A DNA stretch of 64,000 nucleotides from Gracilinanus agilis (taxonomy: Eukaryota), in NCBI RefSeq assembly GCF_016433145.1, contig NC_058130.1, positions 631,537,608-631,601,607 of the forward strand, written 5' to 3'. The stretch's first letter is position 1. Each line of letters begins with the position of its first letter. The notes under the pieces were generated by a model that was given only the letters and a program-made list of their open reading frames with translations, made no database searches and had not been told where the DNA came from. This document shows, one piece after another, positions 39,120 through 50,791 of this stretch. Made by a program: the position numbers and the translations under genes.

Positions 39120-40085
39120 ACTGATTTGGGAAATGGATTTGAGAATGGAGAAGATAGCACCAAGTCCTGATGAATTACATCCTAAAATACTGAAAGCCAT
39201 TACTGTGATTGCTGAGCATCTGTCAGTGGCCTTTTTAAAAATGTGGAAAGACAGAATAGCATAATGGATAGAAATTTGGTTTGAGAGTCAGGATGATGGG
39301 TTCAAGTCCCATGGCTGACACATACTGGCAATGTGATCCTGGGTAAGTCACTCTGTCTCTCAATGCTCTAGTCTCTCTCAGGTGTGTGGAGTGTTCAGGG
39401 AGGATTAGCACCTCTGATGTGAGGTCTTGCTGAGTCCTTTTCAGGGCTGCTCATCCTCCTTTGGTGTCGATCCAACTCTTACTTGTGGCTCCAAGAAAAC
39501 AACAAAACCCTCTTGACAGACAGGCTCAATCAGGTTGAGGGTAAACAACAGGTCTCAAACTCTTCCGTTAGTTAGAGTGACATCTACTCAAGCATGTGAA
39601 GACTTCCCCAGGCACAGTGGGTGGATGAGAACAATTTGTTCCAATGGCCACGAAGATGGCTGAAGCAGATGCTGTGAAGTGTTTAGACCTTGGTCAGTTA
39701 TCAAAGATGCCAAGGTCATGCACTGCATTCTGAGCCATTTCCAGTCATCCTGACTTCTGACTTGCTACTGGACTTTGATGACTCTGGAAGATAGAAGTGA
39801 AGCTGGTGACTGCGAATATGCCTCATTTAAATCTAATTCATGCCAAGTCAAGACATGATCCCAGAATGTCATTGATCCTCTTCAAAACAAAGGACAAATA
39901 AGAACAACTCTAGTCTCTATAACTTGTAGAGATGGCACAAACCTTCATTAGTAGAGGGAATTTCTTCATAGGGAGTCCCCTATACCAGAATCAGTTGAAG
40001 GAACTGGGAATATTTAGCCCTGAGAAAAGAAGATTTAAGGAGTATATGTTAGCTGTCTTCAAATATTTTAGATGCTGTCATATTT
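39120..40085 (+). mobile_element. L3/CR1 relic interrupted by SINEs
   Basis: 39160-39235 reads PSPDELHPKILKAITVIAEHLSVAF (CR1 RT: PGPDELHPRVLKELADVIAEPLSVIF); L3 3' sequence resumes at ~39990. Confidence 0.8.
39377..39907 (+). mobile_element. RTE-related SINE/non-autonomous RTE (~530 bp)
   Basis: Ends ...cctcttcaaaacaaaggacaaataagaacaa; 11-bp TSD ctctagtctct at 39366-39376 and 39908-39918. Confidence 0.85.
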
Positions 40086-40639
40086 TGTATAAATTTATCT
40101 ATGTCCCTATTGCCTTTCCTAATAACGGGAACAGGATCTTACTTAGACGGCATTAAACTACTTTTAAATCCTTACAAAGAGAAATTTTATTTGACAGACT
40201 AGGAAGACTTCCTTCTCTTCCTACTTCTAGATTCTCTGGGAGTTCAGCTCACTATGAGTCTTTATATTCGTCTACATGAAGAAGATAGAGAAAAGCTCTG
40301 AACTTCTATGGAACTGGGAATTAATTGGCCTCAGTTTCCTCATCTATATGTTGCTGTGCCTCCCTGTTTAGGCTTGAGCTGAGAAGACTCAGGGAGAATA
40401 CAATAGAGGTCTTTAGGTACTTGAGGAGCTGTCATGGCCACCAAAGCTTTTATTCTCTCAGTCACATTATGTGACTGCTGCTTAATTTCTGTTTTCAACC
40501 CTGTCAGTTCTCTTAATAATCTGAAGTGGGTCCTTATTACTTCAAAGATAAAATGCAAACTCCTTTGTCACTTAAAACATTCACAATCTGAATCTTGCCT
40601 ATTTTTCCAGCCTTTTTTCATATTATTATTTCTTTTTTG

Positions 40640-40790
40640 TTGTTGCTCAGGCATTTCAGTTGTGTTTGATTCTTTGTGACCCCATTTGGGATTTTCTTGG
40701 CAAAGATACTGAAGTGGTTTGCCATTTCCTTCTCTAGCTCATTTTATAAATGAGGAAACAAAGGCCAAAGGGTTAGGTGACTTGCCCAAA
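40640..40790 (-). mobile_element. MAR1 SINE with RTE-like tail
   Basis: gtgaccccatttgggattttcttggcaaagatactgaagtggtttgccatttcc. Confidence 0.85.
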
Positions 40791-41024
40791 GACCCTTTAT
40801 GTCAAACAAGCTAGCCTGTCATTTCTCATACATTCCATCTTTCAACTCCATGATTTTGCACAGACTGACCCATTTTCTGAAATTTGCTCCAGCTTCATCT
40901 CTATCCCTTAGAATTCTTGGCTTCTTTGAAGAGGGAGCTCTTCCACAGTCTTAGCTATCTTACCTCTCCCAGTTCTAAGTGTTCTCCGTGTCCTGAAATT
41001 AGTTTGAACTTATATGTTTGCAGC

Positions 41025-41260
41025 TAGATGGTGCAGTAAATAGAATGCTGGATCCAGTCAGGAAGACCTGAGTTCAAATCCAGTCTCAAACAGTACCTGT
41101 ATGGCCCTGGGCAAGTCACTTAACCTCTATCTCAGTTTCCTCATTTGTAGAATGGGAATAATAATAGCACCTATCTCTCAAGACAGTTGTGAATACCAAA
41201 TGAGATAATATTTGTTAAATGTTTTGTAAACCTTAAAGCACTCTTTAAGTTATTATTTAT
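41025..41260 (+). mobile_element. MIR-type SINE
   Basis: gcagctagatggtgcagtaaatagaatgc...gtaaaccttaaagcac. Confidence 0.8.
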
Positions 41261-42072
41261 TTTTATTATAACTAGTTATTATTATTTTTATCATCATCAT
41301 TGTCTCCCTTCAGTTCACCTCCTTGTGGTCAAGGATTCTTTCTGTTTCCTTTTTTGAATCCTAAGAATCTGCCCCAAACAGGGCCTTGCTCATAGTATAT
41401 GATTGATGACATTTAAAAATGGAGCCGAATTTACTAAGGGGCAGTAAGGTCTTCATTCAGATGAAATCCAAGATCTTCGAAATATTTACATGCTTCCTAA
41501 GCAAACAGCTATATAGATAATACAATCAATAGAATTTTTAGAGCCACCTAGACTAGTCTGGTGGAAATTTTTGTGTATTTTTCCTTTTGAATGCCACTGA
41601 ATACCTTGTGGTTTCCTTTTCTATTCTATCTTAAGTCCCCTAGACACATGGCAGAATCAGAAATCAAGAAGCTTTCCTGTTTCAAGGAAATGCCATGGAG
41701 ATGGTAAAAGCTTGGCCACTTGGTGACGGGGCTCCCTCTAATCACAGAATGGGAGTCTCCTAGGCTGCTTCTACATTTTTTATTTCTTTTCTCCTCTCTT
41801 TGGCAGGAATCTCACTTCCAGCCCACAGACATGACTTGAATACGTATACATTCAATGGCTGAACAACACATTAAACCAGGACAGCTCTTAGCAACTCCCT
41901 AGCAAGGACTCAGTTTGCCAACTGCCTTCTTTTTTAGAACTTCCCAGTCCAAACTTGAGTCTCCACAAGAATGGACATTTAAACTAACAATCTGAAATGT
42001 GGATTTGGATGGGTTTAAACATCGTGCTTTGACATGACTGGAAGTAGAAGTGACTCCCAATAAGAAGGTTTT

Positions 42073-42472
42073 TTTTTCCTAATTTAAATATTTTATTTTT
42101 TTTTAGAAAAAATTTTCATGGTTACATGATTCATATTCTTACTTTTCCCTTCACCCCCTCTTCACTCCTTCCCTCCCACATCCAACGCACATTTCCACTG
42201 GTTTTAACATGTGATCAATCAAGACTTATTTCCATATTATTGATAGTTACATTGGTGTGATCGTTTTGAGTCTACATCCCCAATCTTGTCTGCGTCATCC
42301 CAAGAGTTCAAGCAGTTGTTTTTCTTCTGTGTTTCCACTCCTGTAGTTCTTCCTTTGAATGTGGGTATAATTCTTTTCCATAGATCCCTCAGAATTGTCC
42401 TGGATCATTGCGTTGCTGCTAGTACAGAAGTCCATTACATTAGATTTTACCACAGTGTATCAGTCTCTGTGT
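42073..42472 (-). mobile_element. 5'-truncated L1 3' UTR
   Basis: Perfect 15-bp TSD caataagaaggtttt at 42058-42072 and 42473-42487. Confidence 0.92.
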
Positions 42473-43737
42473 CAATAAGAAGGTTTTGAAGAACAATCCT
42501 GTTGTGTCAGGTGTACCCATATTTCTGTTGTCTTCTCCTTATAGGAATAAAGATTCCCTGGGTTTGATCTATTATCTTTGCTGCTTGTCTCTGGGCAGTC
42601 CAGGGGTTCAAATGACGGGCCAATAAGAACCCAGTGCAGAGAGCAGGCCAGCAAGCTGAAGAAAGCTGGGGAGCCTCCTTCTGGTCATGCATAATAAGGA
42701 AGAGCTCTGCTCTACATTTCAGAGCACGCATAGGCATCTACCTAGCCATGGACTCTTTCCTATTGACTTACTTCATGGTGATGAATGAAATCTCTTGCTT
42801 TGATCAGAAACTGAGTATACATACAGGAACTGTGAGTGTGCTCACAAAAGACTTCCCCCAGGGGCAACTCAACCTCTCTTTATACTGGTGGCAATGAAGG
42901 CAAGGACAGCTGTAAGCTTCCAGATGGGAAGAAAGGGAAATAATGAAAGCAGCTCAGTCTCCTCACCCCCTACTAATACATATCAATGCACACAGTATGG
43001 CTGGTTTTGTGTCTATGGGGTCAATTCTTTTCCTTTTCTTAGTGAAGGATTATTGGAGAGAGCTATGTATGATCTCGTGACCTTTAAAAGATCAGAAGGG
43101 TAAGCCACCAGAAGTATGGGAACTAGAGTCTATTCAGAATTTACCAGGAGGTAATCCGGCTGTACTCCTGCAGCCCCAAAAGAAAGACATGCTTGACCCA
43201 GCCCAGCAGCAGTTACACATTGCAGAGACATCCTGTCCTATGAGCAAGGGAGCGACTCCATCCATCAGGAGTAAACTTGATGGGTTGACAGCTTGGTAGC
43301 AGCTACTTTAAGATCAAACCCTCTCCCAATTTAATTTGATAAGTATTTATTAAGTACTTACTATGTGCCAGGCACTATACTCTCTCCCCAGGAGCCAAGG
43401 TGGTAAAGGGAAAGTATGCCTCTTTATTGGAGGGATGTGTTTATACATCTGCTCTTGTTTTATTCTCTCAGTAAATATCCCTTTGTAAAAGCTAATTGAT
43501 GTTAGGTGGTTAAATGACACTGGGATATTAATCACTGGTGATACTATAGGTGTGGGGGGAATATGCTAGAATGGGAGTTCAAGCTGTTAGAACTAAAGGA
43601 ACTCTGGAGAAGTATCCCTGGAACCCTAAAAGGGAGGCTGTAGCTAAATAGCCTTCAGGTAATTTAACTTTCCAGTATGTTTTTTGAGTTGGGGTAGAGA
43701 CCCACAGAGTCTAAAATAGTAATAATAATATTATTAA

Positions 43738-43962
43738 GTAATAAATAACAATAGTGATAGATATATTAGATAGATAGATAGAATAATATGTAATAAATAA
43801 CAATAGTGATAGATTAGATAGATAGATAGATAGACGGATGGATGGATGGATAGATAGTTAGGTAGATAGATAGACAGAAAGACAGATAGATATATAGATG
43901 GGTAGATGGATGAATGGATGGATGGATGGACAGAAGGGTGGACAGATGGGTGGGTGGGGGCA
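43738..43962. repeat. Compound (GATA)n/(GGAT)n microsatellite with a 52-bp-period duplication
   Basis: gtaataaataacaatagtgataga at 43738 and 43790; runs into the gap. Confidence 0.9.
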
Positions 43963-44257
43963 NNNNNNNNNNNNNNNNNNNNNNNNNNNNNNNNNNNNNN
44001 NNNNNNNNNNNNNNNNNNNNNNNNNNNNNNNNNNNNNNNNNNNNNNNNNNNNNNNNNNNNNNNNNNNNNNNNNNNNNNNNNNNNNNNNNNNNNNNNNNNN
44101 NNNNNNNNNNNNNNNNNNNNNNNNNNNNNNNNNNNNNNNNNNNNNNNNNNNNNNNNNNNNNNNNNNNNNNNNNNNNNNNNNNNNNNNNNNNNNNNNNNNN
44201 NNNNNNNNNNNNNNNNNNNNNNNNNNNNNNNNNNNNNNNNNNNNNNNNNNNNNNNNN
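43963..44257. other. Assembly gap (295 N)
   Basis: N run. Confidence 1.
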
Positions 44258-45059
44258 GGGGCAGGTAGGATAGATAGAAAGCTGATAAAATATTTATTAA
44301 GCACTTATTAAGTGCCAACCATGCCTAGTATTTTCTAAGTGTCAGGGACATACATATAAGTAAACAAAGTAATTCTTTACTTCCAAGTCGCTAATATTCT
44401 AAGGGGAAAAGATAATTTTAAGGGGAACTAGAAAGGAGAGGAGTAATCATGGTGATATGATGTGAAGATGGGTGAAGAGTGGCATGGAGACCTGGTTCAG
44501 GTCAAGTTAAGGCAGAATCTCACCTATCAGAGGCAGGAGAACTAGGGACAGCCTCAACTGTTCTTGAAATGGAGATGAGGTTAGAGTTCAGGCAGCATAG
44601 TATGGATATGGTTCACATTTATTGATAAGAGACTTTAAGACTTGTGAAGTGCTTTACACTTATTACCTGGGTAGGGGCTATTTCTATGTTCATGATATCC
44701 TTCCTTCCTGTTTGCATAAAGTCAGATAGAACTGAGCACAGGAAACTTTGAGGATTTAGAGAAAGTCCCCTTTGGTAGGGTGTAATCTCCTTGAGGGCAG
44801 GGACTGCTTCCTTGTGGTTTTTGCATCCATGACCGACACCAAATAGGCTCTTAGATTGCATATGGAGTCAGCTGGAAACTGGTGCAGAGCCAGTAATAGT
44901 CGAGAGCCCAGTACCTTCTTGTGTACAATTCTCAGATTTAGCCTTTCCCATGGAGAGCTCCCAAGGCAAGGTCTTTTTCTCTGAGCTGTAGGTGGTCTCC
45001 TCCTACTGGACTTTCTTTCTTGTGCCTTTCATCTTCTGGTCCTTCTCACCTTTATATTA

Positions 45060-45460
45060 TCACCCAGATTCAAAGGATAATAATGTAGCAGGTAGATAGG
45101 CTGGGACCCAAACACAGAGCGGAAATCTAGTGACCTAATGTGGTTTTCAGAAGGCCGGCCGCTTGCTGAGAGCCGGCTATTATTCAGGCTCTGTTTTCTC
45201 ACTGGTGGTTTTCAATTACAGCAGTTCTTACTGTGAGATCAGCGTGGTAGCACTAATGTAGCAGGTAGAAACAGCTATTAGCTGATCTGGGCATTTCAAA
45301 ACCTAAATAATAAAAATGAGTCATCTAACCAGCTGTGATTAGAAAGAACTGCAGCCTGTGTTTACATAGGGCCTCTCATTCATAACATTTTAATTAAAAA
45401 CGACTTGTGTCCAATTCCATGTGTCTGCTGCAGGTTCCATAGATTGCACAAACATATGAC
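45060..45460. promoter_or_regulatory. Candidate enhancer / conserved non-coding element
   Basis: No recognisable repeat; RUNX TGTGGTT 45139, AP-1 TGAGTCA 45317, E-box CAGCTG 45330, FOX TGTTTAC 45359, TTAATTAA 45390; 16-bp direct repeat. Confidence 0.45.
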
Positions 45461-45699
45461 TAGTTGTTAGCATAGGGAGGAAGGGTGATCTGCTGCACCG
45501 AGCATTGGATTTGGAGTCAGGATCATTGGGTTCAAATCTCAGCTCTGCTCTTTGCTCCCTAAGACCTTGGGTGAGTGACTCTGTCCTTCTGGGCTTTAGT
45601 CGCCTTGTCTGTGAAATGAGGGGGTTACATTAGGTGTTCCCTCAGTTTCTTTCAATCTTGGAGACTTAAGTCACAGAGAGGGAAAGAAATAGTCAATTT

Positions 45700-46320
45700 T
45701 CACTGTAACCTGGATTATTGAAATAGCCTGCTAGTGACTCTGCCTCTCCCCACTCTAATTCATTCTCAATTTTAGCCACTAAAGCGATTTTCTTAAACTA
45801 AAACACAAGTCACCCACTTCTCAATAAACTCCAGTGGCTTCCTGTTGTCTCCAGAACCCAGTATAAAATACTCTTTTTCTTATTCAAATCCCTTCATAAC
45901 CTAACCTCCTCCTACCTTTCCAATGTTGTTATAGTTCCCTCTTCAACAGATATTCTTCCATCCTGTGATAATGGCCTGCTGACTGTTCCACCAATAAGAC
46001 ACTCCATCTCTTTAACTGCTGGGAATTTTCTCTGGCTGTCTGGGATGCCTGGAACACCGTCTCTCCTTTAGTCTGACCCCTGATCTCCCTGGCTTCCTTT
46101 AAGTCTCAACTGGAAGCCTTCTCTAAACCCTTTTAATTCCAGTTCCTTTCCTTTGTTAATTATTTCTTATTTATCCTGAATATAATTTGTTTCCTACATG
46201 TTTGTTTGCATGTTTTCCTTGTCACTAGGTTGTCTTTTTTGTCTGTTTTTATATACTCAGCTCTTAGCATGGTGCTTGCCACACAGAAGGCACTTAATAA
46301 ATATTTAATAAATTTGAATT
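45700..46320 (+). mobile_element. L2 3' fragment
   Basis: ctccagtggcttcctgttgtctcc...agaaggcacttaataaatattt. Confidence 0.8.
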
Positions 46321-46629
46321 GTAAGAAACTGAAAGACAAATTAAAAGGGCTGGAGAAGGACACAAATGAGAACACCTGTATTGCCTAACCAGGGATTCTA
46401 AGTATATTCTCTTTATCCCTTACGATTTTTAGAAACAGAAAAGCCAGAACCTCAATAAATCATGATTTATTTTCTTCTGTGCCCTACTTTCAAGAGAGAG
46501 AAGCAACAGAAGAAATTCACATTAAGGACTTAAATTTAATCATAGGAACTGCACCTGCAATTTCACTGGTATATATTTTTAAATTTTCTGCATTAATGCT
46601 TATAAATGGCTACTGATGGCTTCTTTAGT

Positions 46630-46822
46630 TTTAAACCCTTACCTTTTATCTTAGAATCAATATTATGTATTGATTCCAAGTTAGAAGAGCAGTAAGGGCT
46701 AGGCAGTGGGGGTTAAGTGACTTATCCAAGGTCACACAGCTAGGAAGTACCAGGGGTCAAATTTGAACCCAGGACTTCCTGTCTCTAGGCCTGGCTTTCT
46801 CTCTACTGAGCTACCTAGCTGG
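46630..46822 (-). mobile_element. MAR1-type SINE
   Basis: ttttaaacccttaccttttatcttagaatc...gagctacctagctg. Confidence 0.88.
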
Positions 46823-47609
46823 CTTATTTTTCATGTATATGAAGTCTGTCTATGCCCCCAGAGACAATACTCTTTTGGAAAACAGATTACCCAGCTAGAT
46901 GGGGGCTGAAGGTCTTTAATTTGTCCTTTGGACTTTTGTTCCCCTCACTAAGAGCAAATCTCTGGCCCAAGCATTTGATTTAGGGTTAGAATTTTTTTGG
47001 AATTTCTGCTTAATTATCTTCTGAGGTTCTAATGTTCAAGTTAAGCTTTCCCTTGGTTAAATACTGTTAAACTCATTGTATGAGTCTTTTTTTGCTGACT
47101 CATTTCTTTGGTTTTTCACTTATTTTTCCTGCAAGATTTTCATTGCGAGGCTTCTTTCCTTTCGCCCACTTAGCTTCCTAGTAGTTTTGTTTAATCTTAT
47201 TCTATCGGCTCATAGCTTTAGAGTTTGAAGAGCCTGCGAAGCCATCAAACTCAGCCTCCTCATTTTACTCAGGAGGAAATCAGATCTGAGGAACATGAAG
47301 CAGCTCGCCCAGGATCCCAGAGTTCAGCATCATCCAGATCCTTTGATTCTTGAACCATTTCATTCTCCTCCCCAAAAGCTCGCTGGCTACCTGAGCAGAT
47401 CCCCTGTAAACAGTTAGCAAAATCTTGGGAATGTTAGGGTACCACCACGCTAAAAATAAAATACATTTACATGTTTCCAGGAGGTTGTGCCAATCATTAC
47501 AAATGTGAAAAGTCTAAATGAGAAACTTTAAAATGGTGGGGACCACTTCACGAGGAAGGAAAGAGTAAGGTTTTTTGCTTTTCTTTTTGCTTTTCTTTCC
47601 TTAAAAAAA

Positions 47610-47802
47610 AAAAACCAACAACCCTTACCTTTCATTTTAGAATCGATACTGTGTATTGGTTTCAAGACAGAAAAGCAACAAGGGCTAGGCAATGGGGGTT
47701 AAGTGATTTGCCCAGGGTCACACAGCTAGGAAGTGTCCAAGGCCACATAGGAGCCCAGAGTCTCTTAGTCCTGGCTCTCAATCCACTGAACCATCTAGCT
47801 GC
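47610..47802 (-). mobile_element. MAR1-type SINE
   Basis: acccttacctttcattttagaatcgatactg...ccactgaaccatctagctgccc. Confidence 0.85.
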
Positions 47803-49624
47803 CCTGTTTTTCTACAGAATCTGGCAGTGTGGTAGAGTAGGGCATCTCCATAACAGCAAACAGCAGAAATTCCTTTGGAGAGGGAATGCCTATTGTCTAT
47901 AATGCAATAATAATAGTTGTCACTCACTTAGGCTTTAGGGTTTCTGAAGCACTCTATTCATTTTATCCTTAAAACAATCTTGTGTTGTACATCCTGTTAT
48001 TATCTCTCCCATTTTACAGATTGATAAACTGAGGCTCAGAGAGAGCAAATTAGTTGTCTAGTGTCACACTTGTAACATATGTTTGTAATGGGATGTGAAC
48101 CTTGGCTTTCTTGGCTCCATCGTTCCATAGCCTCTCAGAGGAGGAGGATAGGGTAGAATTCTGCCCTGGGATGTTCTCAGCAATGAAGAGTTTTAAGACT
48201 AAGCGAGACTTAAATATCTTAGTCAGTTCAGCATGGAGTTCACACTATGAAAGACAAAAGGCTTTAATGAAAACTGAGGAAAACAAATAGCATTCATGGA
48301 ATAAGCAGCCATCTCCCCAAGATCCTTGTTCATTTCCATGCCTTTAAAATCCCAGCTAAGTATCAGAGAGTCCTAGATTTTTGACAGCTGAAAGGAACCC
48401 TCAGTTGCCATCTAGTCCAGGGTCTACACCAGAGAATCCCCTTTGCCCTGTAATATATCTGGCCAGGGACCATCCAGCCTCTACTTGAACAGAGGTTGGG
48501 AGGCAGCCGCCACCAATCGAGGCAGCCCATTTCACTTTGGGGCATTTCTGACTGTTAGGGAGTATACCAAACCTAAGTTTGCCTCTTTCCAGTTTCCACT
48601 CTATTAAGCCTTGTTCTCTTAGTGATTCAGTTGGATATAGGGCTAGGCTTGTAGTCAGGAAGTCCTGATTTCAAATCCCACTTGAGATCCTTACTAGCTG
48701 TGTGACCCTGTGTAAGACCCTTGACCTCTGTCTACCTCAATTCCCTCCATTGTAAAATAGGGATAATAATAATAACCATGCAGGGTTGTTGTGGGGGAAC
48801 AAGTGAAATAAAAAGAAATGCTTAGCACGATGCCTGGCACATAGGAGGCATCATATTTGTTTATTCATTCTCCTCCATCACCTCCCTTCCTTCCCTTGGG
48901 AGCCAAACAGATTAAGCCTCGTCGCCCTTTCCATGAATAACCTGATAACAGACTTTAAAAGGGTCTCAGGGACCCCAGATATTTCTGGACCACACTTTGA
49001 GAACCACTAAGTTAGGTGATTCTAAGGTTTCTTCCAGCTCTGAATCTTGGGGTCCGTTTAATCCATGTCACTATTTAATGGAAATATCTGGGCTTTCCCA
49101 TTTAAACATTTTACTTTCCCTATAGAAATGTTATCATGTTTCTTCTGTAGGTTCCTCTCCTTGCATAGTTCACAGCCTGGGTCTCCAGGTGTTGTCCTTC
49201 CGAAGCTCTTTTTGTCACCCAGCAGGTATCGCCTCTTCCCTGAGGTAAAGTTCCTTAGAACTCCCAGTAGGAAAGGTTCTCTCTTACTTAGCCAACACTC
49301 AGTACACCATATCAAGATGATCTCCTTCTCATCCCATGGAAGAAGCTTGAGTTTTCTCTGCTGGTCAGGAGACACGGTTATCCTTGCCTTATAGTTGTAT
49401 TCTATATGAAGTGAATGACTTCCTCTCATGAAGGCTTGCAGCCATTCCTCCTGTCCTCTGGTCACACAAATGCCTATCTATGGAGCAGAGTCCTTGTCAC
49501 TCTTCAGCTTTCGTGGATGCCCTTTTCTATTTCTCACCCCTGGAATTAAAGCGTTGCTGTTAATTAGATATGAACAGAATGGTGAATATGCAATGCTTCA
49601 AAATGCAGTTAAAAGCAGTCAATG

Positions 49625-49858
49625 AGGACAATGTGGTATAGCAGATAGAAAGTTGGTCTTGGAATTGAGAAGACCTGGGTTCAAGCAAGATATATCTCAG
49701 GCATATATTAACTACCCTGGGCAAGTCACTTAACCTCTAAGCAACTCTAAGCAACTTAAGACTTTTAAAAAAGGTACTGACCTACCCTGGTAGAGGGAGT
49801 TTCTTTAGCCAAGAGTTCCTATATCAATGAAATCACAAGTCCAGTCCCTATCCCTGTC
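49625..49858 (+). mobile_element. Marsupial CORE-SINE with aatgaaatcacaagtccagtccc tail (also ~12420-12790, 14260-14430, 39250-39985)
   Basis: MIR-like head plus RTE-like tail; family name uncertain. Confidence 0.7.
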
Positions 49859-50452
49859 CCTGTAGAGTTGATATCATAGGAAAGGGCTGTTTCTCCTTTG
49901 GGGAACACAGTCCACTTGTTCAGAAGCCAATAAACCTCCTATATCACCTCTGACATCAACAACAACAAATACTCCTTTCATAAACTGGATTAACCTTTTC
50001 CATCCAAGATGGAAAGGCAAAATATGGAGGAACTGAGCTAATCTCAGTCCTTAGTCATGAATTCCCTCAGATAATAATATTCATTTGGGGGAAAAGGGGA
50101 AGAAGGGAATGTCTCAGCATTGTTTACCCAAGCTTAGAGCCCAAAGGGAGGTACCAAGTTGACTTTTATGGGTCTTGCACAGCCAGCTCCGATTGTTAAA
50201 AGTCATACAGCAAGATGGTGCCAGTAATGGATCCCCAAAGGCTCAAGTCTCATTTTACTCTGATATGTTATGTTTACTTATTTTACATGCATATTTTGGA
50301 CAATTATTTTCATACTCTGTATGTAGTATAAGGGATTTTATGGAGAAATTAAAATGTTTAAATGGGAAAGCCCAGATGTCACAGTCAAGTTTTGGTGTGG
50401 ATTATGTGGACCAGAAGATTAGAGTTGGAAGAAACATTAGAGTCATCTAATT

Positions 50453-50791
50453 CAAGGGTTCTCAAAATGTAGTTTGGGGCCCCTGAGACTCTTTCAAATC
50501 TAACGTATTATCCATATGAACAAATGCATTTTGAAGGGGATCCTCAATTTTTAAGAGTATAAAGGGCTTGGGACAGCTAATGGTTCAGTGGATAGAAAGC
50601 CAGGTCAGGAGATAGGAAGTCCTGGTTCTAGGAAGTAGCTGCATTATCCCAGGGGAAGCCACTTAACTCCAAATGCCTAGCCCTTACTGCTCTTCTGCCT
50701 TGGAAATGATACTATCAGTTCTAAGACAGAAGTTAAGGGTTTTAAAAAAATTATAAAGGGTCTTTGAGAACAAAAAGTTTGAGAACCACTG
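50453..50791. mobile_element. hAT (MER5/Charlie-like) element containing a MAR1-type SINE (50567-50751), itself inside a MIR
   Basis: TIR caagggttctcaaa / tttgagaaccactg; outer flanks atctaatt/atgtaatc; inner SINE TSD tataaaggg at 50558 and 50752. Confidence 0.8.

Noticed and set aside
43185-43194. p53 half-site AGACATGCTT
   Set aside because: The adjacent decamer does not fit RRRCWWGYYY; lone half-sites are common
43257-43288. Small hairpin ccatca-N10-tgatgg as a miRNA precursor
   Set aside because: Stem far too short; expected by chance
37102-44318. Long ORFs with X runs
   Set aside because: Artefacts of reading through N gaps and microsatellites
49058-49465. 135-aa minus-strand ORF between the inverted repeats as a transposase
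   Set aside because: No DDE, HTH or other recognisable motif
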